NCBI RefSeq assembly: GCF_009834535.1
Contig: NC_045699.1
Coordinates: 61,690,001 to 61,754,000, forward strand
DNA length: 64,000 bases
From: Camelus ferus
Taxonomy: Eukaryota
Reading direction: 5' to 3'
Of the stretch, positions 11,384 to 22,249 are shown in pieces (positions within the stretch are counted from its first letter, which is position 1; each line of letters begins with the position of its first letter). The notes under the pieces were generated by a model. That model worked only from the letters and a program-made list of their open reading frames with translations. It had not been told where the DNA came from and made no database searches. Made by a program: the position numbers and the translations under genes.

Positions 11384-11504
11384 GGGGGGAGGGTATAGCC
11401 CACGCAGGCAAAGCGCATGCTTAGCATGCATGAAGTCCTGGGTTCAATCCCCACTACCTCCTCTAAGAATAAATAAATAAACCTAATTACCTCCCCCCCA
11501 AAAG
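11384..11504 (+). mobile_element. Camelid tRNA-Ala-derived SINE with 17-bp TSD
   Basis: GGGGAGGGTATAGC...GCATGCTTAGCATGCATGAAGTCCTGGGTTCAATCCCC (anticodon AGC 11423-11425, B box 11441-11450), tail AATAAATAAATAAACCTAATTACCTCCCC; TSD AGAGTTTATGTA(T/G)CCCA at 11367-11383 and 11505-11521. Confidence 0.92.
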
Positions 11505-12879
11505 AGAGTTTATGTAGCCCAAAGCCACTCCATTTGTGATGCTGTGAAAGCAGATTTCAAACTCTACCTTCAGACAACTAACTCACAGCCCCTTGGGCTT
11601 ATTCACAATTCCTCCTAGAGAGAAGGGATGCACCCAGAAGACTCTGTGAAGGCAGTAAGTACTGGGTCCTCACCTCGAGACCCCCTAGAATGGTGGCAAG
11701 TGTAAAAATTATCTGCAAGCTTCCTCAGCTTCATTTTGTCCTAATACCACGCTCTGATGCAACGTACTCACGCCTTTTGCCTTCGGCGTTCGGTATTTCT
11801 CAGGTCAAGTTGAAGGAACAGCTGTTAAGACTAGCTTTGATCTGTCCCTGTGAGTCAGTGACACCTGGCAGGATATCTCTGTGCAGAGAGCTTTTGAAAA
11901 AGGGCTGAACTTTCCTGGAAAAGACGAGATCAGAATAGAACATCTGCTTTTACTTTTTTTTTTTTTCCTTGCTCAGGGTTCTATCCTTTCATTTTCTCTC
12001 ACTTCTCCATCTTGTGAAATATGATTCATAGCTAAATGTGCCACTTAATGGAAACTCTGGGTACCAAGTAATTTTTGTGATTTCAAGTCTTAGGCTCTTT
12101 CTCTGGGTTGAAAGAGACCTTGGAGACAGCCACGCCCAGTCTCACTTCACCCAAATAAGGACACCAGGACCCAGAGGAAGGAACTGACAGCAGATGCAGG
12201 ATCGGAAATCATGGCTCTTTCGGTCGCATCAAGGGCTGAAGGAAGGTTCCAGAAGTCTGCATGTTCTTCCTCACACTTTAGAGTGAGCCACAGAAAGTGA
12301 AACAGGATTCACAGTTTCCTAACCAGATTCCTCCGCCCTAAAATGACATTTGCAAATAGCATTAGGGAAAGCATTTTTTTCCCCTTTGTTTCTGATGTCT
12401 AATGTTTAAACTTTCTTTAAAGGTTGTATTCTAAAAAGGTTGAGTTCCCGATGAGTCAGACACTGAGACAGACTGCAGGGCCATTTAAAACCAGCCCTGC
12501 GACTTCTGGCTGCCATGAAGGGAACGTGGCAGAAAAGAAGGAAAGAAATAGCCTCCAGCCATTCAGGCAGAATCAAGAGCAGCTATAGCCCCTCAGTTCA
12601 CAGCCCCCGTGCCCTTCCTTCAAACTGAGCTGCGTTTCTGCTGCTCCCTTCCCTCTCTCCTGCTTCAAGATCTTTTATTGCCTTCCGTTGCATGTCTTTG
12701 AACTTATGTCCTTACATCCCTGCTAAGACTTCGTTCCATCATGGCCAGAATGGACATGTCTTCCTTTCAGTGATCCTCTCCCTCCCACAGCAGCTCCACC
12801 TGCCTGCCACGTTCTCCTCTTCCACCCACCTTCCTTCAGTCCTTCGAAGATGCCTCCTGTGAAGACGTTCTCTATCTTG

Positions 12880-13260
12880 ACTCTTCCTACCTGCTTGTTT
12901 TCCATGAATTCCCCAGCCCAATGAAAATATGGCCTTCTTTCCTAAGAGTTCACTCACAGTCCTCCTGCCAAGGGCACCAACCAACCCCAAGGGACATTTT
13001 CAGCTTCTTTTCTTATTGAGTGTCTGTGCCAACTGGTACTGATCACTTCCTCCTTGGAATAGTTTCTTCCTGTGATACTACAATTTCTTCCCCAGGATCC
13101 TCTTGGACCCTCTCTCTTTTCCTTCCACTTACTTTTCTTTTCCCTCAATCCCCTCCTCCTTCCTCCTCTTTTCTTTTTCTTTTCTATTTTCCCCCTCCCT
13201 CTTCTCTTTCGAATGATATCACTCAAACTCAAGGCTTAAACCACCACTCGCAAGTTTAAC
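12880..13260 (+). mobile_element. L2 ORF2 (RT region) relic
   Basis: GGACATTTTCAGCTTCTTTTCTTATTGAG...CTGATCACTTCCTCCTTGGAA resembles the decayed DLSAAFDTVDHSLLLETL-encoding segment of L2. Confidence 0.6.
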
Positions 13261-15079
13261 AGTGCTTAGCTTGCCACCTTCTTAGCCTCTTCCTGAGCAC
13301 CAAGCACATTTTCACAACTGCCTATGAGCCATCTCCACCTGTGCAATGAGATTTTTTTTATCAACACAAACCTGCTCTCCTAGGCGCTCAGCGCCACTGT
13401 CACCCCCAGCCCCAGCACACGTAACTGTTTACCAAGTTCAGCTTTTGCTGCACCCTAACTGTAGCACAGCCTGGTGGAGCTACTCAGGATCTGCCCTGTG
13501 GACAGCTGCTAGGGCAGCTGGGATTGCAAGGGAGTGATCAGAGCTGGGGATACAGGTTGGGAACGATCCAAAAGAGCGGAGAGCTAGATGTTACCTAGGA
13601 AATCGCTCAGAACAGGAATTCAAAACCTGGGAGTCCACATCTAGTCCCGAAGTCCCAAAATTACATCCAGATTGACATGTTGGGCTTAGACGTACATTTT
13701 AAAGGATGAGTCATCTCTTTCACCAAATTCTCAGAAAGATTCTAAAGAATTCTAAAGAACCCCTAGTTTAGGGCAAACAGAACTTTAAAAAATTATTACA
13801 AAAAATAAGGAAGAAATGACTAGAATGATAAGAAGCAGATTTAGGAACTAGACTTGGCTTCATTACTAACAGGCTGTGTGGCATCAGGTATGATTACCTG
13901 ACCCTCCAGGCCCGTATGAATCCTTCCCACATCGCCCTGAACTCTCTCTGTGGCGCACTGTGCGTTTGAGATGACGCCTTGCCTTGCTGATCTAACGTCT
14001 GTCTTCCCCCCTTGATGGGAAGCTCCAACAGGGTAAAGTCCACGTTGCTCCCTGTACAACGTGTACGGTGAAACCGTGTGCCTAGTAAGGACTGTCCTCT
14101 GATTTCCCTCAGATCCTCAGTTCTCTTTTCTGGGCTTCCGTGTTTCCACCCATCATGTTAGGGGTTCATTTTTCACCATTCAGCTTTTCAGGCACCAACA
14201 CTCACCACCATTGTCGTATCTCCAGACCCTAACTGAGCCTGAGTGCTGGTTTTTCCACTGAAGCAGAGCGGACAAGCAAAGAGGGGTGTAATTATAATAC
14301 ACTGTGATGTGTGCTACAGTAATGAGATTACTAGGTGCTAAGGGGCAGAAGGCTGGCCACCTCTGGGAATTCAGGCATAAACCCTCTCGAGGTAAGTTCT
14401 TGGCCAAGGTCACATTTGGCTCCTCAGAGCAGAATGGACATGGCCCCCTCCAGGTAACGCTGGGTACTAATCACACCGGCCACATGCAGGCAAGCCCATA
14501 TTACTCCTTCCTAATCATTTCAGGTATCTCTTTTTTTCCCCCTTCTCAATTTCAACTCAGGACTCAATTTATAAAAAATAAATTACCTGCCACCGTAGTG
14601 TGTAATTTTCAAAACTACCTGTTCACCACAGCAAAGCAATAATGCCTGGCTCTCAAAGGAAACATCATTCTCTTCCTCCCCTTCCTTCCAACCTCATTGT
14701 GGACGTGGCCACATCAAGTCCAGGAAGGAACAAATGAGCCAGAATTCAGCCCACTTCGCAGCTTCGCCTCTTGTTCTGCGCCGCTCCCGTTTGAGTGCCT
14801 TTCTTTACAACGTTCCTTTGTTTTTTCCCTCATGGTTTCTTAGCTTTTCTTGCTTGGAATGATACACTCTCATTTTTCTTATTACTTTTTTTAATTAAAA
14901 AAAGCTCTTGAAATTACTTACATTTTCAGCTTACGCCACATCTAAAGGAATAACTTCTCGATTTTTCTATGTCTATTCCTTTTTTTATAGCTATACCCAT
15001 AGGAATGGGGCATAGTTATAAAAAATCTGAGGATCTGAAATTTTAAAATACCCGGTCTTTGAAACCCAATTTTATACCC

Positions 15080-15200
15080 CAGGCAATCCACTGACCTGTC
15101 TGAGCCTTAGTTATCTCATCTGTTAAGTGGGGACAGTAATACCTTATTATACCATTTTTGTTGGTGAGACTTAGATCACAAATCATGCGGCTGAATGTTT
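15080..15200 (+). mobile_element. MIR SINE fragment
   Basis: CTGAGCCTTAGTTATCTCATCTGTTAAGTGGGGACAGTAATACC. Confidence 0.7.
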
Positions 15201-15478
15201 TATAAATTCTGAAATGCTCTATGTGAGTATATGATCCATGTAATTTCTTTCCAAATCCATGCTGTGTCTCAGTCCTCCACTTTGGTGGGCAACTGCTTTC
15301 CTTTATCCATTCCCCTTCCAATTTTAATCAACCCTCTTCTCAAAAGCCATCTCTCCATGCTAGTGAAAATCTGCTTTCTAAAAATTAATCATATCAGTTA
15401 TTCAAAGAAGCAATGAACATAGCTGTCAGTTCTTCGTTCAACAAATATTTACGGCCCTTCACTTTTCACAATGCTGTT

Positions 15479-15516
15479 TCAACACCCTCTGTAACACTCA
15501 ACACCCTCTGTAGCAC
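15479..15516. repeat. 19-bp tandem duplication
   Basis: TCAACACCCTCTGTAACAC / TCAACACCCTCTGTAGCAC, 18/19 identical. Confidence 0.9.
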
Positions 15517-15729
15517 CTGCTGGCTGTGATGGTTACCCTGTGTGTGACTGATCAAGGCTGGTGAAGCTATAAGATGGCCAATTGCTTAAGCAGGAAGCTT
15601 TAATTTTTAGGAAGTCACTCTTGATGTTGAGTTAGTTGGTGTCTTCCTGCAATTTCCATTGATTGTACTATTCTAACATTCAGTGTCTTCCCGCGCAAGT
15701 GTTCAGATGTTTACAGATAGTTACCAAAC

Positions 15730-16300
15730 TACTTCTCCCCAGATTTCCCTTCGCTAGGCTAAAAAACTAAAGTTTATCCAACTATTCTGTGTATCTGATT
15801 TTCTCCTCCTCTACTTCTTTTAGCCACACTCCGGTTTGTCATCATGGAGCCTACACTGAGATTGAACTCAAGACGGCAGACATGGTTGAACCAAGATTAA
15901 ACAGAGGGGAGTTAGCACTTTCCTTCACTGAGCATGGAACTACTCTTAGTTCAGTCTGCAATAGCGTTAGAATTTACTCTTCAGTCAAAGCTCATTGTGG
16001 ACTTGTGCCACACTGAAACTGAAATAGAATCTCAAACTTTTTAACCTATCTTTCTTCTAAACCATATCTTCAGCCTATCTTTGTAGAGTTGGGGTTTCGA
16101 ATTCAAGTGAACACTTGCTCCTAGTCTATATTCAATTTTTTTTTTTGTTTTTAAGTTGACCCAGTGTTCTCACTTGCCAAGAAACTGTGGAATCCTGATT
16201 ACGATTCAGCATACTGGCTAGTCCTCCAAACTTCATGCCGTGGAAAATTTTAATCAATAAATCTTTCATGTCCTTCCGTTGTTAGTTAATACGTTGCAAA
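15730..16300 (-). mobile_element. CR1/L3 LINE relic (ORF2 C-terminal region)
   Basis: CCTTCGCTAGGCTAAA..., GACATGGTTGAACCAAGATTAAACAGAGGGGAGTTAGCACTTTCC..., GGAATCCTGATT...CAGCATACTGGCTAGTCCTCCAAACTTCATGCC..AAAATTT match antisense L3 as recalled. Confidence 0.65.
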
Positions 16301-16759
16301 TTGAGATTAAGAATGAAGTTTATGTGTGATATAATTATAATCTGAGTAATTTTTATTCCCGTTTTAACCTTTAAAAAGCACTGTAGGGTATAAAGATAAG
16401 GCAGTGTAAAACATACAATACCACATCTAGCAGGTAATAGGGGCTCCATGCTTAACTATCCCCTGCTGGGTTAAACAAAACCAAATCTGATTTTGAAAAA
16501 AAAAATCAAAAAAACTGCACAGTGGGAAAAAAGAGGGTCCTCCACACCAAGGCTGATGAGAGGAAACACAACGCTGTAAAGATAAATTAAAAGCTGGGAA
16601 GTGTAGCTGGTATTCAAAATGAGACTAGCCATCCAAAAATGAGAAGGTACCTAAAGCACTTTGCCTGAAGTAGCTCCACACGGGCAGTTTCTGAGGATGC
16701 TTTGATGAGCATGAGGGAGTCACAAACAAAAATAAAGCATCACCTCAACACCCACACAC

Positions 16760-16965
16760 AGTAATATTAGTTAACGCCTATCAAACACCCACTGCGGGCC
16801 AGGCATTACACTCAGTCTCAGGAAGTCTCCCAACAACCCATTGATGTTGATTCTGTGAGCGCGCCCACTATCTAACGCAGAAGACTGGGCCTTCTGTGAG
16901 CTACATGAATTGTTCTAGGTCATGTACACAGTCAAAAGTAGACACAGGACTTGAACTTTGTTATA
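16760..16965 (-). mobile_element. MIR SINE
   Basis: AAACACCCACTGCGGGCCAGGCATT...CCCAACAACCC...CTAGGTCATGTACACAG...GGACTTGAAC. Confidence 0.65.
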
Positions 16966-18149
16966 TCACTGCTACCAGTGTACCTATACGCTTAGCATTT
17001 TGAAACACTAGTTATGGTTAACCCATAGTTAAATCCAAGAAGAAAGTATTGTCAGATCAAGACCCAAAGTATAGTTCTTTAAAGACCAATAAAGGAACCA
17101 TCTGGGAGCTGGGCCGAGAGTCCTCAGATTCTCCTCCAAAGCACCTGGTCTGGGTTTTCTGTATTTTTGATGTTTCCAGTTCCCTTAATCTTGTTTGTTC
17201 TGTCATACCTGCTCATTCTGATGTTATTTTACCTGTAGTCTGCACACTTACTAATACTTAGGTTGGAAAATTAAGTTGACAACATCAAGTTCCGGGCCTT
17301 GGATCACCCTCCAACTCCACATCCACCACTACTCATGGTCAGCTTAGGTGATCCACTCATGACCTCCCATCTCACTGCCTTACCTGAGCGAGCACCCCCT
17401 TCCTTGGCTCTCCTACTGCAGTATTCAGGCCAGGGCCTGACGTCTGTGTTCTAGAAAGGAGGCAGGGGCTAGGAGAGAGATTGCCGAGACGAGACAAGCC
17501 ATGGGCTGGCTGGAGGTGGGAGAGCAAACCCTGAACAAATGAGGACCAGAACAGTCAACTCCCTGACACTAACCTCAGCGCCTTGCTGAGGGGAAGGTGT
17601 AGGTTTCCAGGAGGGTGTTCCCGAAAGCCCCACAGATACTCCACTTCTTCATCAAGAATTTATGGAGGGCCTACGATGTGTCTGACACTCGGCTAGTCAC
17701 CAGGGGTACGGCCATGTGTCAGACCAACCAGGAGTTTACCAACTACTGCGGCACAAATGATACAGTGGAAGCCCAGGCACCAGATCGTAGCACTGACTTC
17801 GCTAATAGCTCACCTTGGTGAGGTATCTCGCCTCCTTGTGACTCAGTTTCCTCCCCTGCAAAATGTTCAGGTGAGGAGACGCCGGGTGATTCAGAGGCTA
17901 ACTTCCCTTTCAGGCATGAGGACTTGGAGTCTGTTCCCCTGGAACATTCACCCTCCCACCTCCCTTGTTGGTGGCGCGTCTCAGGTTTGCCGTTTGGGGG
18001 AGGGGACAGGACTTCTCCGTTTTCATAATAGAGTTATGTACTCCCCTCTGCAGGTCTGTCGCCCTCCAGCCTTTATCCCATCAGCCCTGTCTCTGGTGAG
18101 CCCTTATCCCAAGATGTTTGTCTATTAAATTAAGAGTTTTGCAGAAAGG

Positions 18150-18400
18150 GAGCGCCATTTAAAGGCTGTAAATCACCTGGCAGTCTCTTAGCTGCTCTCT
18201 GCTCTGAGCCCGACTGCATCTCTGTGCACTCAGCCCGCCGCCGCCTCCCCTCAGGCCCCGGCTCTCAGAGGCAGACAGCTCTGGAGTGGGGAACCCGCAC
18301 AGACCTGCCTGCTTCCAAGCCCGCTCCGGTCTCTGGGGCCACCCTGACCTGGGGGTGAGGGGCTGGGGAATTTACCTGAGTCCTTAATTAACCCTCAGGA
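18150..18400 (+). promoter_or_regulatory. Candidate TATA-like promoter / non-coding first exon
   Basis: CATTTAAAG at 18156-18164, GC- and CpG-rich 170-bp segment (CCCGCCGCCGCC), donor-like GG|GTGAGG at 18354/18355, TTAATTAA near 18385; sequence-only inference. Confidence 0.3.
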
Positions 18401-20074
18401 GCCCCCAAGGGAACGCAGCTCCCTTCCTGGCTCTTCCTTCACCTATGCCTTGGGACGTTCATTGCACCCAAGCCCTTGCTTGATGCCTTAGCTTTGATAA
18501 CAGTGTCTGATTATAAGCAGGTCTCTGACTTGAGATTTTAACCAGTAAGGCAGGAAAATAACACACACTTGGACTCTTCTTCATTATGAGCAGGGGCCTG
18601 CACGTATCCTCCACCACGTGTATTTTCACCATTTACCTATGAGTTGAATGAGACTGTATTGCTAAATTATAGATGAAGAGACTGAGGCCAAATCAGATCA
18701 CATAACTCTCCCAAGGTTCATAACCTACTAGTGATGGAGCCAGAGTTCTGGTGTTTGGAAACATCTGAAAAGCCGGTGATACACATTCATGCAGTTATAG
18801 GTAGTTTTTGAGTGGCTACCACGTGTCATATAGCAGACCATGCTAGGACTAGACTAGTAACCAAAACACCCTCCTAGAGCACACGGTCGCCCCTGAGGTG
18901 GTGTTCCATTCCCTCCAGGACATTAAGGGCATCAGTGAAAGCTCCTCCCTTGACTTGGGGATGGCAGTTCTATCCCCGGACCTTTGTTCTGGGACTAGGG
19001 TGCTACCACCTTCCAGCTCTTGCCCTGTCCATCTCTCAGGCCCTCAGGGAATTGCCACGGACTGCCCCCAGCCATGGACCCAGGGAGCCCTTGGAAAGGC
19101 TTGCTGCACAGGCCTGATGTTGGCTGTCTCACTGGGGGCTCCACTGCCCAGCGGATCTCTCCTGCTGCTCTGGACTGTCTTCTACTGCACTCCCTCTCTG
19201 GTACTTCCTCGTTCCTGAGCGGGGAGGTCTCCATGTTGTCCCAACCTCTGCCTGCATGTTCCAGCCTGCTGCATTTCACCTTCCCATCCCCACCCGCCTC
19301 AAGGTTTATCAGACTTCAAAACAACCACACATGATAGTGGAACACAGGGACCAAACCAAGAGGTGCGTTCTCTGTTTACCTGTCTCATTCTTCAAGGACC
19401 CACTGACCTCAGGCTGCTCCCAGAGACCCGCTTCCCTGCATTTGACCTAGGATGGCCTTCCTCTAAATGTCCCATGGCCCCCAGTGACTCCCTGCTCCCA
19501 CCCATGGTGGTCTCCATCTTCCTGAGAATCTATCGCAGATAAAAATGACGTGAAGGATTCATCCACGCTAAGTAGAGTGGGAACCACGTAGGAGGCTTGA
19601 TCCAATTAATATCCATCTTCTCTTCTAGCCCTTTGAGCTTCTGCATCAGATGTGGACACAACAGTCTTACAAAGACACTTAACCAGCTTTCATAATTGCA
19701 TAAACTCAAAACACCTGGAACAGACATTCGTATGTACGCGTACGTGTGACATGTGTCTGTGTGCCCAGTCACTCTGCTTCTCTGGTTGAACCCTAACCCA
19801 TATAAAGGGCATCTATTTTTTAAAAAATTAGAAAAATCTCAGAGACATAGAAGAGTAACCATTTATTTAGCTTGCGGATCTGCCCATCAGCAGAGGGGGT
19901 TCTTCTTCATGGAGCACGTCTGTTGGTCACCAGGGGCGGCTTTGTCCCACTTAAGTTTGTTCTGGAACCCAGTGTGAAGGGGCAGCGGCTGCCTGGGGGA
20001 GGAGGCGCTACTCTTGGAGATGGCAGGCGCTCAAGGAGGGGCGGTCCCCACTACACAAGCGCACTTCAAACCCT

Positions 20075-20215
20075 GGACTGTATCAAGTCTACTGACATTC
20101 CAGGAGCCAGGGCAAATCACACGGCCAAGCTCCAAGCTCGAGAGGCAAGAAGGTTACTGGCCTTTAGTGGGAGGAACTGCAAGAACACATGGGAAAGGGC
20201 GTAGCCAGAGTGAAG
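20075..20215. mobile_element. MLT1 (MLT1J/K-like) LTR fragment
   Basis: GGGCAAATCACACGGCCAAGCTCCAAG...CCTTTAGTGGGAGGAACTGCAAGAACACATGGGAAAGGGCGT. Confidence 0.7.
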
Positions 20216-20539
20216 AATTGAAGCCACACTTAAAACACAGTGGTTCAGAAAGTGTCTAGAAACTCGCTTCTTAAAAGCTCTGCAGTGATGCACTATGGCT
20301 ATGAATAAACAGAGATCTCTCTTTTAGGTCTGACTCCGCTAGCAAGTAGTTCCGGGTTGTTGGGAAAGGCAGTTAATGTGGCTCTGTCTGGAGAATGGGG
20401 GTAATACTGCTTAGCTCTGGAATAAGATCAGCTGAATTAGACCTTTTAATGACTCCATGATTTAGAGAGAAACCAGGGAATCTGGAGTCATCAAATCTTG
20501 AAAATAAAGACAGATTTGTCTTCTCTCTTTTACTTAGTC

Positions 20540-21205
20540 ATTTAACAATTCCTTCACTCTAAAATACATTTTAGAGTCAAATTTTTAAATTGTAAGTAAA
20601 ACAATGAAAGACTGCCTTCAAAACCCGCACACCCAATTCCATATTCAATTCTCCTCACAATGGAAACCATTGTTGAAAATTTGCCTAAATCTTTCCAGGT
20701 CTTTTCATGACTTTATATATATATACATGTATCACTCATACATATGATCATATTCTTTTATATTGTATCTTGCCCTTTTACTTCCCTATATCTTGATCTT
20801 TTCATTTTGGTCTATGTAGATCTATTTCATCCTTTTAAAACATCTGTCATATTCCCAAGCGCGAATCTACCAGAATATATTTAACATTTTGCTCCTTTAA
20901 TGATCACTGCAACTCTTCCAGGGATGACTTCACAAATCAAACGCTGAAGAGAACATCTTTGTTCCCGCCTTTGTGCAGGGTGAGAATATTTTTCTGTAGA
21001 ACAGACACCTAAGAAATATTCTAAGTTGAAGAATATTCACATTTTTGAAATGTTGCTAGCTCACTGCCCTACCGTTCCCCACATAAAGCCAGATCCAATT
21101 TACAAACTCACCAATATTACACAGAAATAGACTTTCTCCCAATATTTACCGACATAGGATATCATCAGTTTTACATTTTTTTTTGTGTGCTAACTTAATG
21201 GGTTG
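20540..21205 (-). mobile_element. Old L1 (L1ME-like) fragment
   Basis: AACCATTG..., GATCTATTTCATCCTTTTAAA..., GAACATCTTTGT..., TTTCTGTAGAACAGACACCTAAGAA..., CCAATTTACAAACTCACCAA. Confidence 0.7.
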
Positions 21206-21456
21206 CATAGTTGTCACAAGGACTATTATGATGAGCAGTTGTCCATAGTCACAGGAGAATATGAATTCCTTTAAGGCTAGTAAAGGATGCCAACTCAATT
21301 GTATGAGGATGGCTAGACATAGCAACAAGGAGCCAGGTGGTGTTCTCACCGGTGGGGCAAATTTTGTCATCTTCAACACCTGCACAAAGAAACATTTTTG
21401 CAGATAATACCACCCAAGCAGAGTAAAAGTCCTCCTGAGCCAGCAAGATGCCCCCT

Positions 21457-21920
21457 TATGGGGAGCAGAATGTTGGTCCCCTAAAGACGTCCATGTCTGA
21501 ATTCTTAGGACCTGTGAATATGTTACCTTATGTGACAAAAAGGATATTGAAGGTGTGATTACATTTAAGGACCTGAGAGGGGGAGATTATCCTGTGTCAC
21601 TGAAGTGGGCCCAACCTAATCACATGAGTCCTTAACAGAAGAAAACCTTTTCCAGGTATGATCAGAGGGAGCTTTGCACACAGAATCATGGTCAGAGAAA
21701 TTCAGTGTTGCTGGCTTTGAAGCTGGAGCAAGTGGCCATGAGACAAGGAATGGGCAAGGACGTGGATTCTCACCTAGAGTCTTGTCAATGTCTTGATTTT
21801 AACCAGGTGAGATTTGCGTCAGACTTCTAACCTGCAGAAATGTAAGATACCACATTGGTGTTGTTTAAGGCGTTAAGTTTGGGATAATTTGCCACACACT
21901 AGCAACAGAAAACTAATACA
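21457..21920 (+). mobile_element. MLT1D-like solo LTR
   Basis: T(A)TGGGAGCAGAAT...CCCTAAAGACGTCCATGTC...GACCTGTGAATATGTTACCTTA...GAGATTATCCTG...GACTTCTAACCTGCAGAAATGTAAGATA...AACTAATACA. Confidence 0.9.
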
Positions 21921-22249
21921 GCCATCTTCATTGTTTGTATATTGGGGCAGGAGGCAATGACTATTATTTTTGGATTTCTTCTTCATGAGATACGGCAACC
22001 CTCCTGCCTACCCACCAGGTACAAGAAACTGACAACAACCCGGGGCCCTGTATCAATATTTGCTGCAAGAGTTAAGAGAAGGTCAATTTACATTATTTTT
22101 GTTACTGTCATCTGCCTAGCAGGTGCAGATGCAGGATGAAGATCTGCTCAACTTCATGAAAAATAATAACTCAGTGGTGCTTCACATTTCATTTCCTTAA
22201 TTGTGAACAGAATGTGAATGGTAAACAGAAGTATGACTAGCCCACCATC

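Noticed and set aside
11384-11462. Possible tRNA-Ala(AGC) gene
   Set aside because: The D arm/A box is disrupted, and an A-rich tail and 17-bp TSD mark it as a SINE copy.
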